DNA of 64,000 nucleotides from Promethearchaeia archaeon (lineage in GTDB: Archaea; Asgardarchaeota; Lokiarchaeia; Sigyniarchaeales; SOKP01): positions 1-64,000 of the forward strand of contig JAWOCD010000017.1 of assembly GCA_046483985.1 (NCBI GenBank), written 5' to 3'. The number at the start of each line of letters is the position of its first letter. Positions within the stretch are counted from its first letter, which is position 1. A model generated the notes under the pieces. The model did not search any database and was not told the origin of the DNA. It saw only the letters and a list, made by a program, of their open reading frames with translations. This document shows, piece after piece, positions 10,600 to 19,167 of this stretch. Made by a program: the position numbers and the translations under genes.

Positions 10600-11496
10600 A
10601 TGATGAAATTTCATCTTGAGCTGATTCCTGCCAACGGGCATATCCAACCCTACGAGATTCCCTACGGATATACCTTTCAGACCGTGATTTTCGGATGGCT
10701 CCACGAACACAATCCTAAATTGTATCACAAGCTTCATACCTACGAGGAGGTCCGCCCTTACTCAATTAACTGCTATATCCATAAAGATGAACCGAAAGTA
10801 GACTTCACAATTGTTGCCTCTAATCAAGCCCTTGCCTCAACGCTGTTGGAAGTGGTAATCCCAAAGAAGGGAACAGCGATTACTGTTGCAAGAAAGAAAT
10901 ATATTGTGGAAGGAGTTGATGTTGAATCCATCATCCTTGAAACCATGCTCAAGCAATCAAAGCCGGTAAAGAGGTTCCATCTCCAATTTGCTACTCCATG
11001 CTATTTTAATACGTTGAAGGGGAACTACCCAATTCGATTTCCGCTTCCAGACGCTCTATTTGGGAATCTTCTAAACATTTGGAAGGCGATGTCCGCGAGC
11101 ACATTTACCTCACGGAAAAAGCAATTCTTATCATGGATTAAAGCACACATCTATCCCAGCAGTTATAAAATGAGATCCGCGTCCTATTTTATTGCACGTG
11201 AGAACCAAGTAGCTGGGGGTCAAGGGTTTGTCTCGTTTTGGATAAATTCACCCGATGACTATTATTATCAGCATAAATTAAAGAAAGATACCCTGACCGC
11301 CCGGGAAAAAACGGAATGCCGTCAAAATCATTTTCAAAATTCTCAACTTATCGATTTTTTATGTAAAGTAGGAGAATATACAAACGTAGGAGGGCATCGG
11401 ACTGCAGGGATGGGTGTGGTTCGCTATTTTCCGAAAGAATATTGTCAGCCCGAAGATTCAGAGACCTTAGCCGAGCCCCTTTTACCAATTACTTGA
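10600..11496 (+). CDS. cas6: CRISPR-associated endoribonuclease Cas6 family (copy A)
   Basis: LH..EEVRPYSI, F.TP, P.PD.LFGNL...W, C-terminal G-rich loop YTNVGGHRTAGMG. Confidence 0.85.
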   Translation: MMKFHLELIPANGHIQPYEIPYGYTFQTVIFGWLHEHNPKLYHKLHTYEEVRPYSINCYIHKDEPKVDFTIVASNQALASTLLEVVIPKKGTAITVARKKYIVEGVDVESIILETMLKQSKPVKRFHLQFATPCYFNTLKGNYPIRFPLPDALFGNLLNIWKAMSASTFTSRKKQFLSWIKAHIYPSSYKMRSASYFIARENQVAGGQGFVSFWINSPDDYYYQHKLKKDTLTAREKTECRQNHFQNSQLIDFLCKVGEYTNVGGHRTAGMGVVRYFPKEYCQPEDSETLAEPLLPIT

Positions 11497-11571
11497 AATA
11501 TTCAATAAATCAAAAACCCAATAAACAAAAAAGAATTATTTTATTCACAAAACAAGAAAGGTAGATAAGAA

Positions 11572-12420
11572 ATGATACAATTCAAGTTTGATCTTTATCC
11601 CAAGGATGGAAATCTCGGAAAGAGAATCCCCTTCGGCTATAAATTCCGCGGAGTCATAATGAAATGGCTTAAGGAGAGTAATCCAGAGTTAGCCAGCGCG
11701 TTTCATTGCCCCGAAAAAGTCCGTCCCTACGCAATCAATACAATCCCCCGTCGAGAACATTCCAAAATCGAGTTTATTCTCACCTCCTATAACGAAAATC
11801 TATCCGATACGGTCATCCAAGACTTATTAAAAAGTGAGAAGACAAAAATCACAGTTGACCATCAGGTGTTTTTTATTGCGAAGATTAGATTCGAACGCCC
11901 GGATTTACTGCAGATGAAAGCTAACGCCTCCCCCATCACGAAATTTCAGATTCATTTCGTCACCCCCATTTATTTAAGCACAATCATGGGGGATTATCCC
12001 TTGCGGTTTCCTATTCCGCAAGCTTTTTTTGGAAATTTAGTCCATCTCTGGAATGAGATGGCCAAAAAGGAGATTAGGATAGCCCGAGATGAACTTATAC
12101 AGTGGATAGATGCCCATATGTATATTAGCGGTTATAAAATGAAAACAGTCAAAAGGCACATTGGAAAGTCCAGACCGCTCGCTGGGGGCATAGGAAATGC
12201 AACCTATCGAATTAAAAAAATAAACACCAACTTTTACAAACATCTCCTTGAAGAACTGGATAAAGAGGACCGGTATGAGGAAGCACAAAATCATTATAGG
12301 GAGAAGTGTTCCCTTATTGATTTACTCTGCAAGGTTGGTACATATACGAATGTGGGAGGAAATCGTACCGCGGGAATGGGTGTTATACGTTACTTTCCAA
12401 AAAACTTCTTAAAAGAATAG
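11572..12420 (+). CDS. cas6: CRISPR-associated endoribonuclease Cas6 family (copy B)
   Basis: FH.PEKVRPYAI, FVTP, PIPQAFFGNLVHLW, G-loop YTNVGGNRTAGMG; colinear paralogue of copy A. Confidence 0.85.
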   Translation: MIQFKFDLYPKDGNLGKRIPFGYKFRGVIMKWLKESNPELASAFHCPEKVRPYAINTIPRREHSKIEFILTSYNENLSDTVIQDLLKSEKTKITVDHQVFFIAKIRFERPDLLQMKANASPITKFQIHFVTPIYLSTIMGDYPLRFPIPQAFFGNLVHLWNEMAKKEIRIARDELIQWIDAHMYISGYKMKTVKRHIGKSRPLAGGIGNATYRIKKINTNFYKHLLEELDKEDRYEEAQNHYREKCSLIDLLCKVGTYTNVGGNRTAGMGVIRYFPKNFLKE

Positions 12421-12421
12421 A

Positions 12422-12745
12422 TTAGGAAGATTTAGATATATTATTTTTTTGTCCTTCGATATAATTGTCACTATACTTTTTTTCATCTTCGCTCCGTCCT
12501 TTTTTTAATTCTTCAAGGAGTTCTTCCCGACTTAATCCCTCTAATGGTTTATAAAATTCATCAAATTTTTCCCAATTTTTCTCTTGCTCAAGATAGCGGG
12601 TGATGAGAAAAGAGACGGCAGCATCAAAATCAACCCGTTCACCTGTTTTCTTCTGTAAATCGGCTGCTACTTTGGGTAATTTTCTTCCGATAATAAAGAT
12701 GATTATAATGATATTCGGTCTCATCATCGTCAAGATCGTTATCAT
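12422..12745 (-). pseudogene. Chimeric or truncated VapB-like antitoxin remnant
   Basis: C-terminal part KVAADLQKKTGERVDFDAAVSFLI...LLEELKKGRSED resembles archaeal VapB. The N-terminus appears to be out-of-frame sequence from another fragment. An overlapping MKKSIV start resembles a deleted vapC. Confidence 0.45.
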
Positions 12746-12838
12746 CTAAATCCTCTTCAATAATTTCATCCACGATATTAAAGGAAGTTTAATATAGATA
12801 ATGGTCGGGTTTAGATTCTGAAGAATTCAGCTCAAAGC

Positions 12839-13633
12839 TTAGTACAATCCGAAGGCAAACCCATGTATCAGCCATGCTTTGGAAATATGCGGATAAATTC
12901 CACGGGAAATGATCATCTTTCTGTCTTCACTTAAGGGTAACTCTCCGTGAAACGCTTGTTTTATGATATTAGGGGTACGGGACCTGCCTAACTTCGAAGC
13001 TCTTTTTTCAAAGTGGGGGATGAGTGGTTCAAGAGAGCAGAACCCTAAATATTTTCCGTTCTTTTCTTGAACAGTAAAGGAATGAAGGATCTGGCTTTCG
13101 TTTGATTCTCCATCGCAACCGGGTCCCAAGATAAGTATCATAAACGGCATTTCAGTTTGTGTAAGGATTTTTACCATTTCTTTATCTCTACCTCTGGATC
13201 CACTTATCGCCCCCTCAATGATTGCATCCCCTCCGGCATCAACGCCGATGACCAAATCAAAACCGAGCGATTCAATATCCCTGGTTAATTGCTCCGAATT
13301 TCTTTTTTTACATCGAAAAATGTAGGGGCACCCACCATATCCCCGAGGGATGCTTCTATCAATCCACGTGTTGCGCATACTAGAAATCGGTCGTTTCCCT
13401 AAATCAATCTGCTTGGGGGGTAATTTGCAAATGTGAGGGGTTATGGGCTCCAAATCATTGTCAAATCCTCTTTTCGTATTGCCGTAGATTATTTCAGTAT
13501 CTTCCAGAAAATCAAATAGAAATTGAGCGCTATATGCAGAAATAATGTCACACCCCCCGCCCAGTCCTAAAATGAGAATTTTATTATAATTTTGAAAATC
13601 AAATGTGAGTGGTTTGTCTAGGAATTGATTCAT
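12839..13633 (-). CDS. DUF1152 family protein
   Basis: GLGGGCD, GVDAGGD, GPGCDGE motifs. Confidence 0.8.
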   Translation of the reverse strand: MNQFLDKPLTFDFQNYNKILILGLGGGCDIISAYSAQFLFDFLEDTEIIYGNTKRGFDNDLEPITPHICKLPPKQIDLGKRPISSMRNTWIDRSIPRGYGGCPYIFRCKKRNSEQLTRDIESLGFDLVIGVDAGGDAIIEGAISGSRGRDKEMVKILTQTEMPFMILILGPGCDGESNESQILHSFTVQEKNGKYLGFCSLEPLIPHFEKRASKLGRSRTPNIIKQAFHGELPLSEDRKMIISRGIYPHISKAWLIHGFAFGLY

Positions 13634-13916
13634 AAGCTACAAAGAAATTTTTAAAATATAAGATTTCTTAATAGAAGAAGGATATTTGGCTTAGAAAGAT
13701 AACGGGCGAAAATATTTCATAGAAGAATAAGACTGGTTGGAATACAAGAATTAGTTTTAGATTTATTACCTTTCGAATTATACACAACGAAACGTATAAG
13801 AAATAAGATCTAATAATGGGGGACCAGAAATAATTTGATTAGCTATGTCAAGCGATTCCACTTACTAAAAAACAGAAAAATAAATAATAATTGGTTATAT
13901 GTTATCGAAATTTATG

Positions 13917-14297
13917 TTAGGGTGGCGATAAAACCAGTTCCATACTTGAAACATTATGTATTTCACCGTTATTAGATTCTAACTTTTCCGTGGTGATAAT
14001 GATATCTTTATACTCCACACCTTCCATAAATCGATGTCGTAAAATTTCGCAAACATCCACCGCTTGTGAGATTGCACGGCCGCGAGCCTTTACTACGCAA
14101 TCCTCTTCCCTCTTTAAGACCGTCAGCGCAGCCATCACATATTTCATCGTAGGTTTCTTACCGATGTAGACGGCGTTCTCATCCTTACTCGTGGTTTTTT
14201 CACTCTGCTTAGTTGTTTCTTCTTCTGTTTCTTCTTCTGTTTTTTCTTCTGTTTTTTCTTCTGTTTTTTCTTCTTCTTTATTATTAAATAAGCCCAT
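13917..14297 (-). CDS. albA: DNA/RNA-binding protein Alba with acidic N-terminal extension
   Basis: VYIGKKP.MKYV, KARGRAIS.AVDV.E, VSSMELVL. Confidence 0.93.
   Translation of the reverse strand: MGLFNNKEEEKTEEKTEEKTEEETEEETTKQSEKTTSKDENAVYIGKKPTMKYVMAALTVLKREEDCVVKARGRAISQAVDVCEILRHRFMEGVEYKDIIITTEKLESNNGEIHNVSSMELVLSPP
14214..14273 (-). repeat. 5 x 12-bp tandem repeat encoding (EEKT)3(EEET)2 in the Alba N-terminal tail
   Basis: Plus strand: TGTTTCTTCTTC x2 then TGTTTTTTCTTC x3. Confidence 0.9.
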
Positions 14298-14646
14298 TTT
14301 ACCTCACTTGTTTCTATTGTAGAATATTAGAAATTTTTATTTTGTATTTTTGTTAATTAATGATCTATTTAATAATTTTTTTGGAGAAAACTATAAATCT
14401 TTACTTTAGACCAACTTAAGATCACCCTAATACGGTCATTCAGAAAAATTAATAAGGCAAGCAGGGGATAAGATATTACAACCGTATTAGGATCAGCCAT
14501 AGCTGATAATTGATTAACTCTGTCTTTTTTTATGTTACCGTCTTCTTTCAACCTCTCAAATCCAAAAAGATGTTTAGTATTTCTTTAATATTTATGGATT
14601 GAAAGACCAATTCAATGGTCAGAGTTTGGAGTATATGATGAAATCA

Positions 14647-15444
14647 TCATGAAGTGGAGTTTTGCCGTCGCAGCTCACTTCTGCGGAAATGAATCTCATC
14701 ATGGTCAATAAAAGATAGTGCACTTCTACGACGTCTAGCCGAAGGATCTATGTCCAGAAATTTAACGATGTCATTAATAACTCGGGCCGGCTTCTCAATT
14801 AAATCGGAAAACTCGACACATATATGTTTTTTACCCTCCACAAACTCGTCAATTCTCTTATATCCTTCCCGAATAACCTGGTTGTAGATCTGTTCATCGT
14901 TAAACATATTGGGTTTCGAAATAAATCTCTTGAGCAGCCTCCACGCAATATGGAGAGTCACTCGTAAGCTTAAATATTGTAAAGCATAGGATAAATGGAT
15001 ATACCAATTAGAGATATATGCCTGGTGGAGATGCGACTCTGCTACACTTTCCACATTACGTTTGAGGACTATATAATACGGATCGGTTAAAAGGTCTTCA
15101 AAATACGGCAAGCTATAAATAAGGGTTGGGTCTTTCCATCCCCATACTTTAGCCTCATGCCTCTTAATTAACCTTTTGATGTCTGGTCTATAAGCTCTCA
15201 CCGACTTTTTGACTTTCTCGTCATCGGGAGTGTCTGCCCAGCTAAGTGAGTAGCTATCCGCATAGGTAAGTATATGGAAACTTAGTCGTAAAAAATCTTG
15301 ATTCTCATAATTACCGTACTTATTCGCATGCCTTCCCCTTACTAACCCTTTATTTGTGCCCATTCTCACTCCCAACCGATGTAACATACCCGATAAGAGA
15401 CTCGAGCCGCTCCGAGGTAAGCATAAAATGATGACAGTTTTCAT
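14647..15444 (-). CDS. Sulfotransferase family protein
   Basis: PAPS-binding LPRSGSS, WGWKDP, R...VAES. Confidence 0.85.
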   Translation of the reverse strand: MKTVIILCLPRSGSSLLSGMLHRLGVRMGTNKGLVRGRHANKYGNYENQDFLRLSFHILTYADSYSLSWADTPDDEKVKKSVRAYRPDIKRLIKRHEAKVWGWKDPTLIYSLPYFEDLLTDPYYIVLKRNVESVAESHLHQAYISNWYIHLSYALQYLSLRVTLHIAWRLLKRFISKPNMFNDEQIYNQVIREGYKRIDEFVEGKKHICVEFSDLIEKPARVINDIVKFLDIDPSARRRRSALSFIDHDEIHFRRSELRRQNSTS

Positions 15445-15747
15445 GGTAATCCTAATGAGATCTAGGTTCTATGTCTAAGATATTTGATAGATAAAAATAA
15501 AGGTTTTCCCTATTCGAATTTCTCTTCTTTTTTTTTCTGAACACGTCTAAGGTGATTTTTAAGCGAGAGATATCAAAAAAAGATGTATATTAAGAATCGA
15601 TTAAGGGATGATATACTTTATCAGAAGTTAAACTGTAAAAGACGGCTCGGTCCCTCGTTCTGCTTTTTTCTTTTTTGGATAGGAGTTAGCAAAATTAAGC
15701 GCCATTGAGCCTCATAAGGCCGATGTACTATTTCAATTTTTTTAGAA

Positions 15748-16206
15748 TTACTCTTTCACCACAAAATCGCCATCAATAATTAAATTTAGCCCTTTTTCTT
15801 CTAATGCATCGCCTCTCAGAGTAATGAGATCGATCAATGTTTGCGGATGGACGCTGATTAATTCGGCCAATTTCTCGGTATTATACCGCTTAATCCGCTT
15901 AAATCGATTTAATAGTGCTTTAAATACGCGTTCTTCCACTTCTTTTTCAATTGGAACTCCTTTCATGGCAGATTGAATCTCCCTGCGGATTCCAGCGATA
16001 TCAATCCCATAGGTCTGTCGTAGCATTTCTGAATTCGATTTAATCCATTCCTTAACGATATAACTGATGACTGATGATTGGGAATTCCCAAAGGCACCCT
16101 GCAAATTTTCGACAATTTTTGCGTCAATATAATCTAAAGTAGTGGTAATTCGGACTGATTTAGGCAAGTCCTCCTCTGCTGACGCAGTTTCTGCATTCGG
16201 TGCCAT
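15748..16206 (-). CDS. Ribbon-helix-helix (CopG-like) protein with C-terminal wHTH-like domain
   Basis: VRITTTL beta strand, helix, GNSQSSVISYIVKEWI helix; C-terminal TEKLAELISVHPQTLIDLI...LIIDGDFV. Confidence 0.65.
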   Translation of the reverse strand: MAPNAETASAEEDLPKSVRITTTLDYIDAKIVENLQGAFGNSQSSVISYIVKEWIKSNSEMLRQTYGIDIAGIRREIQSAMKGVPIEKEVEERVFKALLNRFKRIKRYNTEKLAELISVHPQTLIDLITLRGDALEEKGLNLIIDGDFVVKE

Positions 16207-16284
16207 TTTTCACAAATCGCCAAAATAAAATTATTAAAACTATACTAACTATATCTGAATTCCTTTATAAATTTATCGGTGGTT

Positions 16285-16383
16285 TGCATCACATCTGATC
16301 AAGAAAATTTGATAATTATCTTGAAAATATCAAATTCTAAGAGTTTAAAAATCTTCTGATACAAAGTGCATCACAAATGATCA
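16285..16383. promoter_or_regulatory. Operator-like repeats in a divergent promoter region
   Basis: TGCATCACAnnTGATCA at 16285-16301 and 16367-16383; inverted repeat AATTTGATA/TATCAAATT (16306-16336) between them. Confidence 0.55.
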
Positions 16384-16475
16384 TATTTATATATGAAGAT
16401 ATTCTATTAATATATATCAAAATAATATGTGATTTTCCCCGCCCAATAGAATTTTGCATAAAATGTGTGTGTAAA

Positions 16476-17123
16476 ATGTTAGACCTCAAAACTTATAATC
16501 AAGAATATAGTCGACTGAATACCCGAGATAAAATCAATATTAATTTGCTTTTAGACGGCAAAAATTTTTTACTGCAATTTGGGATAAACAAAGAATTAGT
16601 GCAAGATACCATCTCTGTGGTATACCGATATCTCAAACGGACCGAGCGCGTGCCGCATAACCTCTATAAATTCTTCATTGGTGCATACTATATCATGGAG
16701 CGCCATCCCCAAGCCTTCCCCAAGCATGAACCGAAATCCGAGTTCTGCGAGATGTTCGGTATCAAGTCAAGTTCCTTGGATTACACCGTAGACAAGATAG
16801 TGGAAATCGTGGGTTTCAAAAAAATTCTGGACGATAAGAATTTTCCTTATTTTTTGGATATGGAATATGACTTAAATTTCAAGCTCATTAAAAATGTCAT
16901 CGAGCAGCAAATTGACGCGGAAATGATGGACTTTCTTATGAATTCCCAGCCGAAAAACCCACAAATCATCACCGAAGATTTAGTCACAAAAATAGTCTTT
17001 GAAATGGAACTCTTTCCAGAGGAACTCTTCAGGCAATTCTATTATATTGTCTATGAACTGGTCGAAGAGCAATTTCAAACATATGATGAATATGTCCTTT
17101 TACAAAAGCAAGTATTTCTTTAA
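16476..17123 (+). CDS. Hypothetical protein with one cyclin/TFIIB-like helical repeat
   Basis: Five-helix pattern LLQFGI-NKELVQDT..YRYL-NLYKFFIGAYYIMER-PKSEFCEMFGI-KSSSLDY..KIV matches the spacing of a TFB core repeat. ATG 16476 preferred over 16377. Confidence 0.55.
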   Translation: MLDLKTYNQEYSRLNTRDKININLLLDGKNFLLQFGINKELVQDTISVVYRYLKRTERVPHNLYKFFIGAYYIMERHPQAFPKHEPKSEFCEMFGIKSSSLDYTVDKIVEIVGFKKILDDKNFPYFLDMEYDLNFKLIKNVIEQQIDAEMMDFLMNSQPKNPQIITEDLVTKIVFEMELFPEELFRQFYYIVYELVEEQFQTYDEYVLLQKQVFL

Positions 17124-17190
17124 AGCATAAAATTTTAACCAATACTACAGGGAGCAAGATGTATTTGTGAGGTTATAAAGATGGATTGCA

Positions 17191-18033
17191 TTACTTCTCA
17201 TACGGATTCATCTCTTCGAGCAAGTTCTTAATCTTAGAAAACACCCCGGTAATATAACTCAACTCCTTTTTTGAGATGAGCGCCCGCTCCATTACGTTTT
17301 TAAACGCGTAAAATACCCGTTCTCTCTTATAATTGCGTACCTTAAGCGAATTAATAATATCATCAATGAATTCATAGAGCAACTCTCTATCCTCCTTATC
17401 GGCAAGTAATACGGGGCTTTTACCGCGCCCAAGGGTAATCTCATGGGTTCGCTTAAAGATTTCGTAGAGGATGATGCCGCACGCGTGGGATAAATTAAGG
17501 GTGGGATATTCGTTACTGGTCGGAATGCGCAAATTGATATCCGCCAGCGCAACTTCCTCATTGGTCAATCCCCGCGATTCTTTTCCGAAAAGAAGGGCAA
17601 CGTTTAAAGGCTCTTCGGCACGGGGTAAGGTAAAATCTTCGGGAAAAATGCTTAGGCGCTTGATGTTATTATAGCGTTTTCCTTTTGCGGTAGTGGCGAG
17701 AATTAAATCAAATTGCTGCATAAACTTTTTAAAACGAGGTAAATGATCTCTCTCCCGTTCAATTAGAATTATTTTGGCATTTTGCAAAATATCTTTACCG
17801 TGCATGGCGAATCCTTGGGCTTCATAACTCAAAATGTTTTTTTTCTCTTCAATCGGGTTAAAAATGACGAGATCATTAAATTCAAAATTTTTCATCAATC
17901 GTGCGACTGCCCCGACATTCCCATAGTGCTCGGGTCGAACAAGGACAATGGTAAAGCAAAGTTTTTCGAATTCCGGCATTCCATGTGTTTCTTCAAAATT
18001 TTTTAATTTCCGATATATCTTCTTTTTATCCAT
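17191..18033 (-). CDS. trmJ: tRNA C32/U32 2'-O-methyltransferase, TrmJ/SPOUT family
   Basis: IVLVRPEHYGNVGAVARLMKNF, LLFGKESRGLTNEE, YPTLNLSHA. Confidence 0.88.
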   Translation of the reverse strand: MDKKKIYRKLKNFEETHGMPEFEKLCFTIVLVRPEHYGNVGAVARLMKNFEFNDLVIFNPIEEKKNILSYEAQGFAMHGKDILQNAKIILIERERDHLPRFKKFMQQFDLILATTAKGKRYNNIKRLSIFPEDFTLPRAEEPLNVALLFGKESRGLTNEEVALADINLRIPTSNEYPTLNLSHACGIILYEIFKRTHEITLGRGKSPVLLADKEDRELLYEFIDDIINSLKVRNYKRERVFYAFKNVMERALISKKELSYITGVFSKIKNLLEEMNPYEK

Positions 18034-18173
18034 AACGTTCTAAACCCCTTTCTCTTATCATTAATTGTAATCTATAAGAGGGAATTTAATTGTATTTAAG
18101 GAAAAATATAATAAAATAAGAAATTATTTCTTTTTTGCACCGGTCATTTTCGTTTTTAAAATCGCCCGTTTAT

Positions 18174-18205
18174 AAAATTCATGCCTTGAGGTGTAAGTAG
18201 TTCAA
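18174..18205 (+). mobile_element. Degenerate IS200/IS605-type right end
   Basis: AAAATTCATGCCTTGAGGTGTAAGTAGTTCAA: imperfect hairpin plus GTAGTTCAA end, similar to 20879-20910. Confidence 0.5.
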
Positions 18206-18311
18206 TCACTCTCTTTAAATGAAAAATGTGACCTTTCAATTAATAAAAGACTATATAAATAATTTAAAAAAGAAGTTTTATAATATAACGCATTATTTTT
18301 TTAAATTGAGA

Positions 18312-19166
18312 ATGCCACAAACTTCCCGTAAGCAAAAGCGGAAAATTAATTATACCAATGCAGCAAAGCATCTATTTTTAATGGGTCTTCTAGGTACGCT
18401 TGCCTTGTATCAAGTTCTTTGGATTCAATCGGCCCAAAATATCTCTGTTTCTTATGATATTAGTGAATATAATATTGATGCCCCTGAAATAAAAAGTTTT
18501 GATGATTACATAGAATCTCTATTTGAATATATGCAGTCTTATCCAATTAATCTTACAAGTGCGGCGAATTATGTATATGATGAAAATAAAACATTGATTG
18601 AGAATATAGAGGAGGAATTAGGCTATAATATAACTGAAGTTCAGGAAATTTATGATGCGTACAGCAGTGGGACTCTTACGGAAGTATATGTCATACCATT
18701 TCTTGAGCAAATGTGGAGGTATGGGAGGGATCGCTTTATACCCGAATCGCTTCTTGAACCCTCTTATATAAACATAACAATAAGTGGGTGGGCATCCATC
18801 TATGATATCTCATTTTTTGGTAAAATCCATCTCCAAGGGAGGTCCGTTCTATTTCTGGAAAATCTTAATAATGTGCTTACTCCCGTTGATGATTTGATAT
18901 TACAAATTACTATAAGAGATCTTGTTATTGCAATTATGGATATTGCTTTTGAGTTTTTCATAGATTTAACGGTACAGATTTTAGAAGACACTGGAGATGT
19001 TTTAGATTCGTTCCTTAATTATTTGAATGAATTCTTAAACGATTTTGATATCTCAGTTACCTTTAATGGGGAGGCATTAATCGGACTTCTTCGCACAGAT
19101 TTTGGTTTTCTCGTTGATTTAAAATCCATTATTGATAACCTACAACTTGAGAGCGTGCTAAGTTAA
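18312..19166 (+). CDS. Membrane-anchored hypothetical protein
   Basis: Basic N-terminus, one hydrophobic helix, acidic extracellular region; probably co-transcribed with the next gene. Confidence 0.7.
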   Translation: MPQTSRKQKRKINYTNAAKHLFLMGLLGTLALYQVLWIQSAQNISVSYDISEYNIDAPEIKSFDDYIESLFEYMQSYPINLTSAANYVYDENKTLIENIEEELGYNITEVQEIYDAYSSGTLTEVYVIPFLEQMWRYGRDRFIPESLLEPSYINITISGWASIYDISFFGKIHLQGRSVLFLENLNNVLTPVDDLILQITIRDLVIAIMDIAFEFFIDLTVQILEDTGDVLDSFLNYLNEFLNDFDISVTFNGEALIGLLRTDFGFLVDLKSIIDNLQLESVLS

Positions 19167-19167
19167 G

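Noticed and set aside
10326-14646. CRISPR array or leader near the cas6 genes; ATTGAAAG near 14598
   Set aside because: No repeated 24-40-bp units with spacers. ATTGAAAG occurs once here, which is expected in AT-rich DNA.
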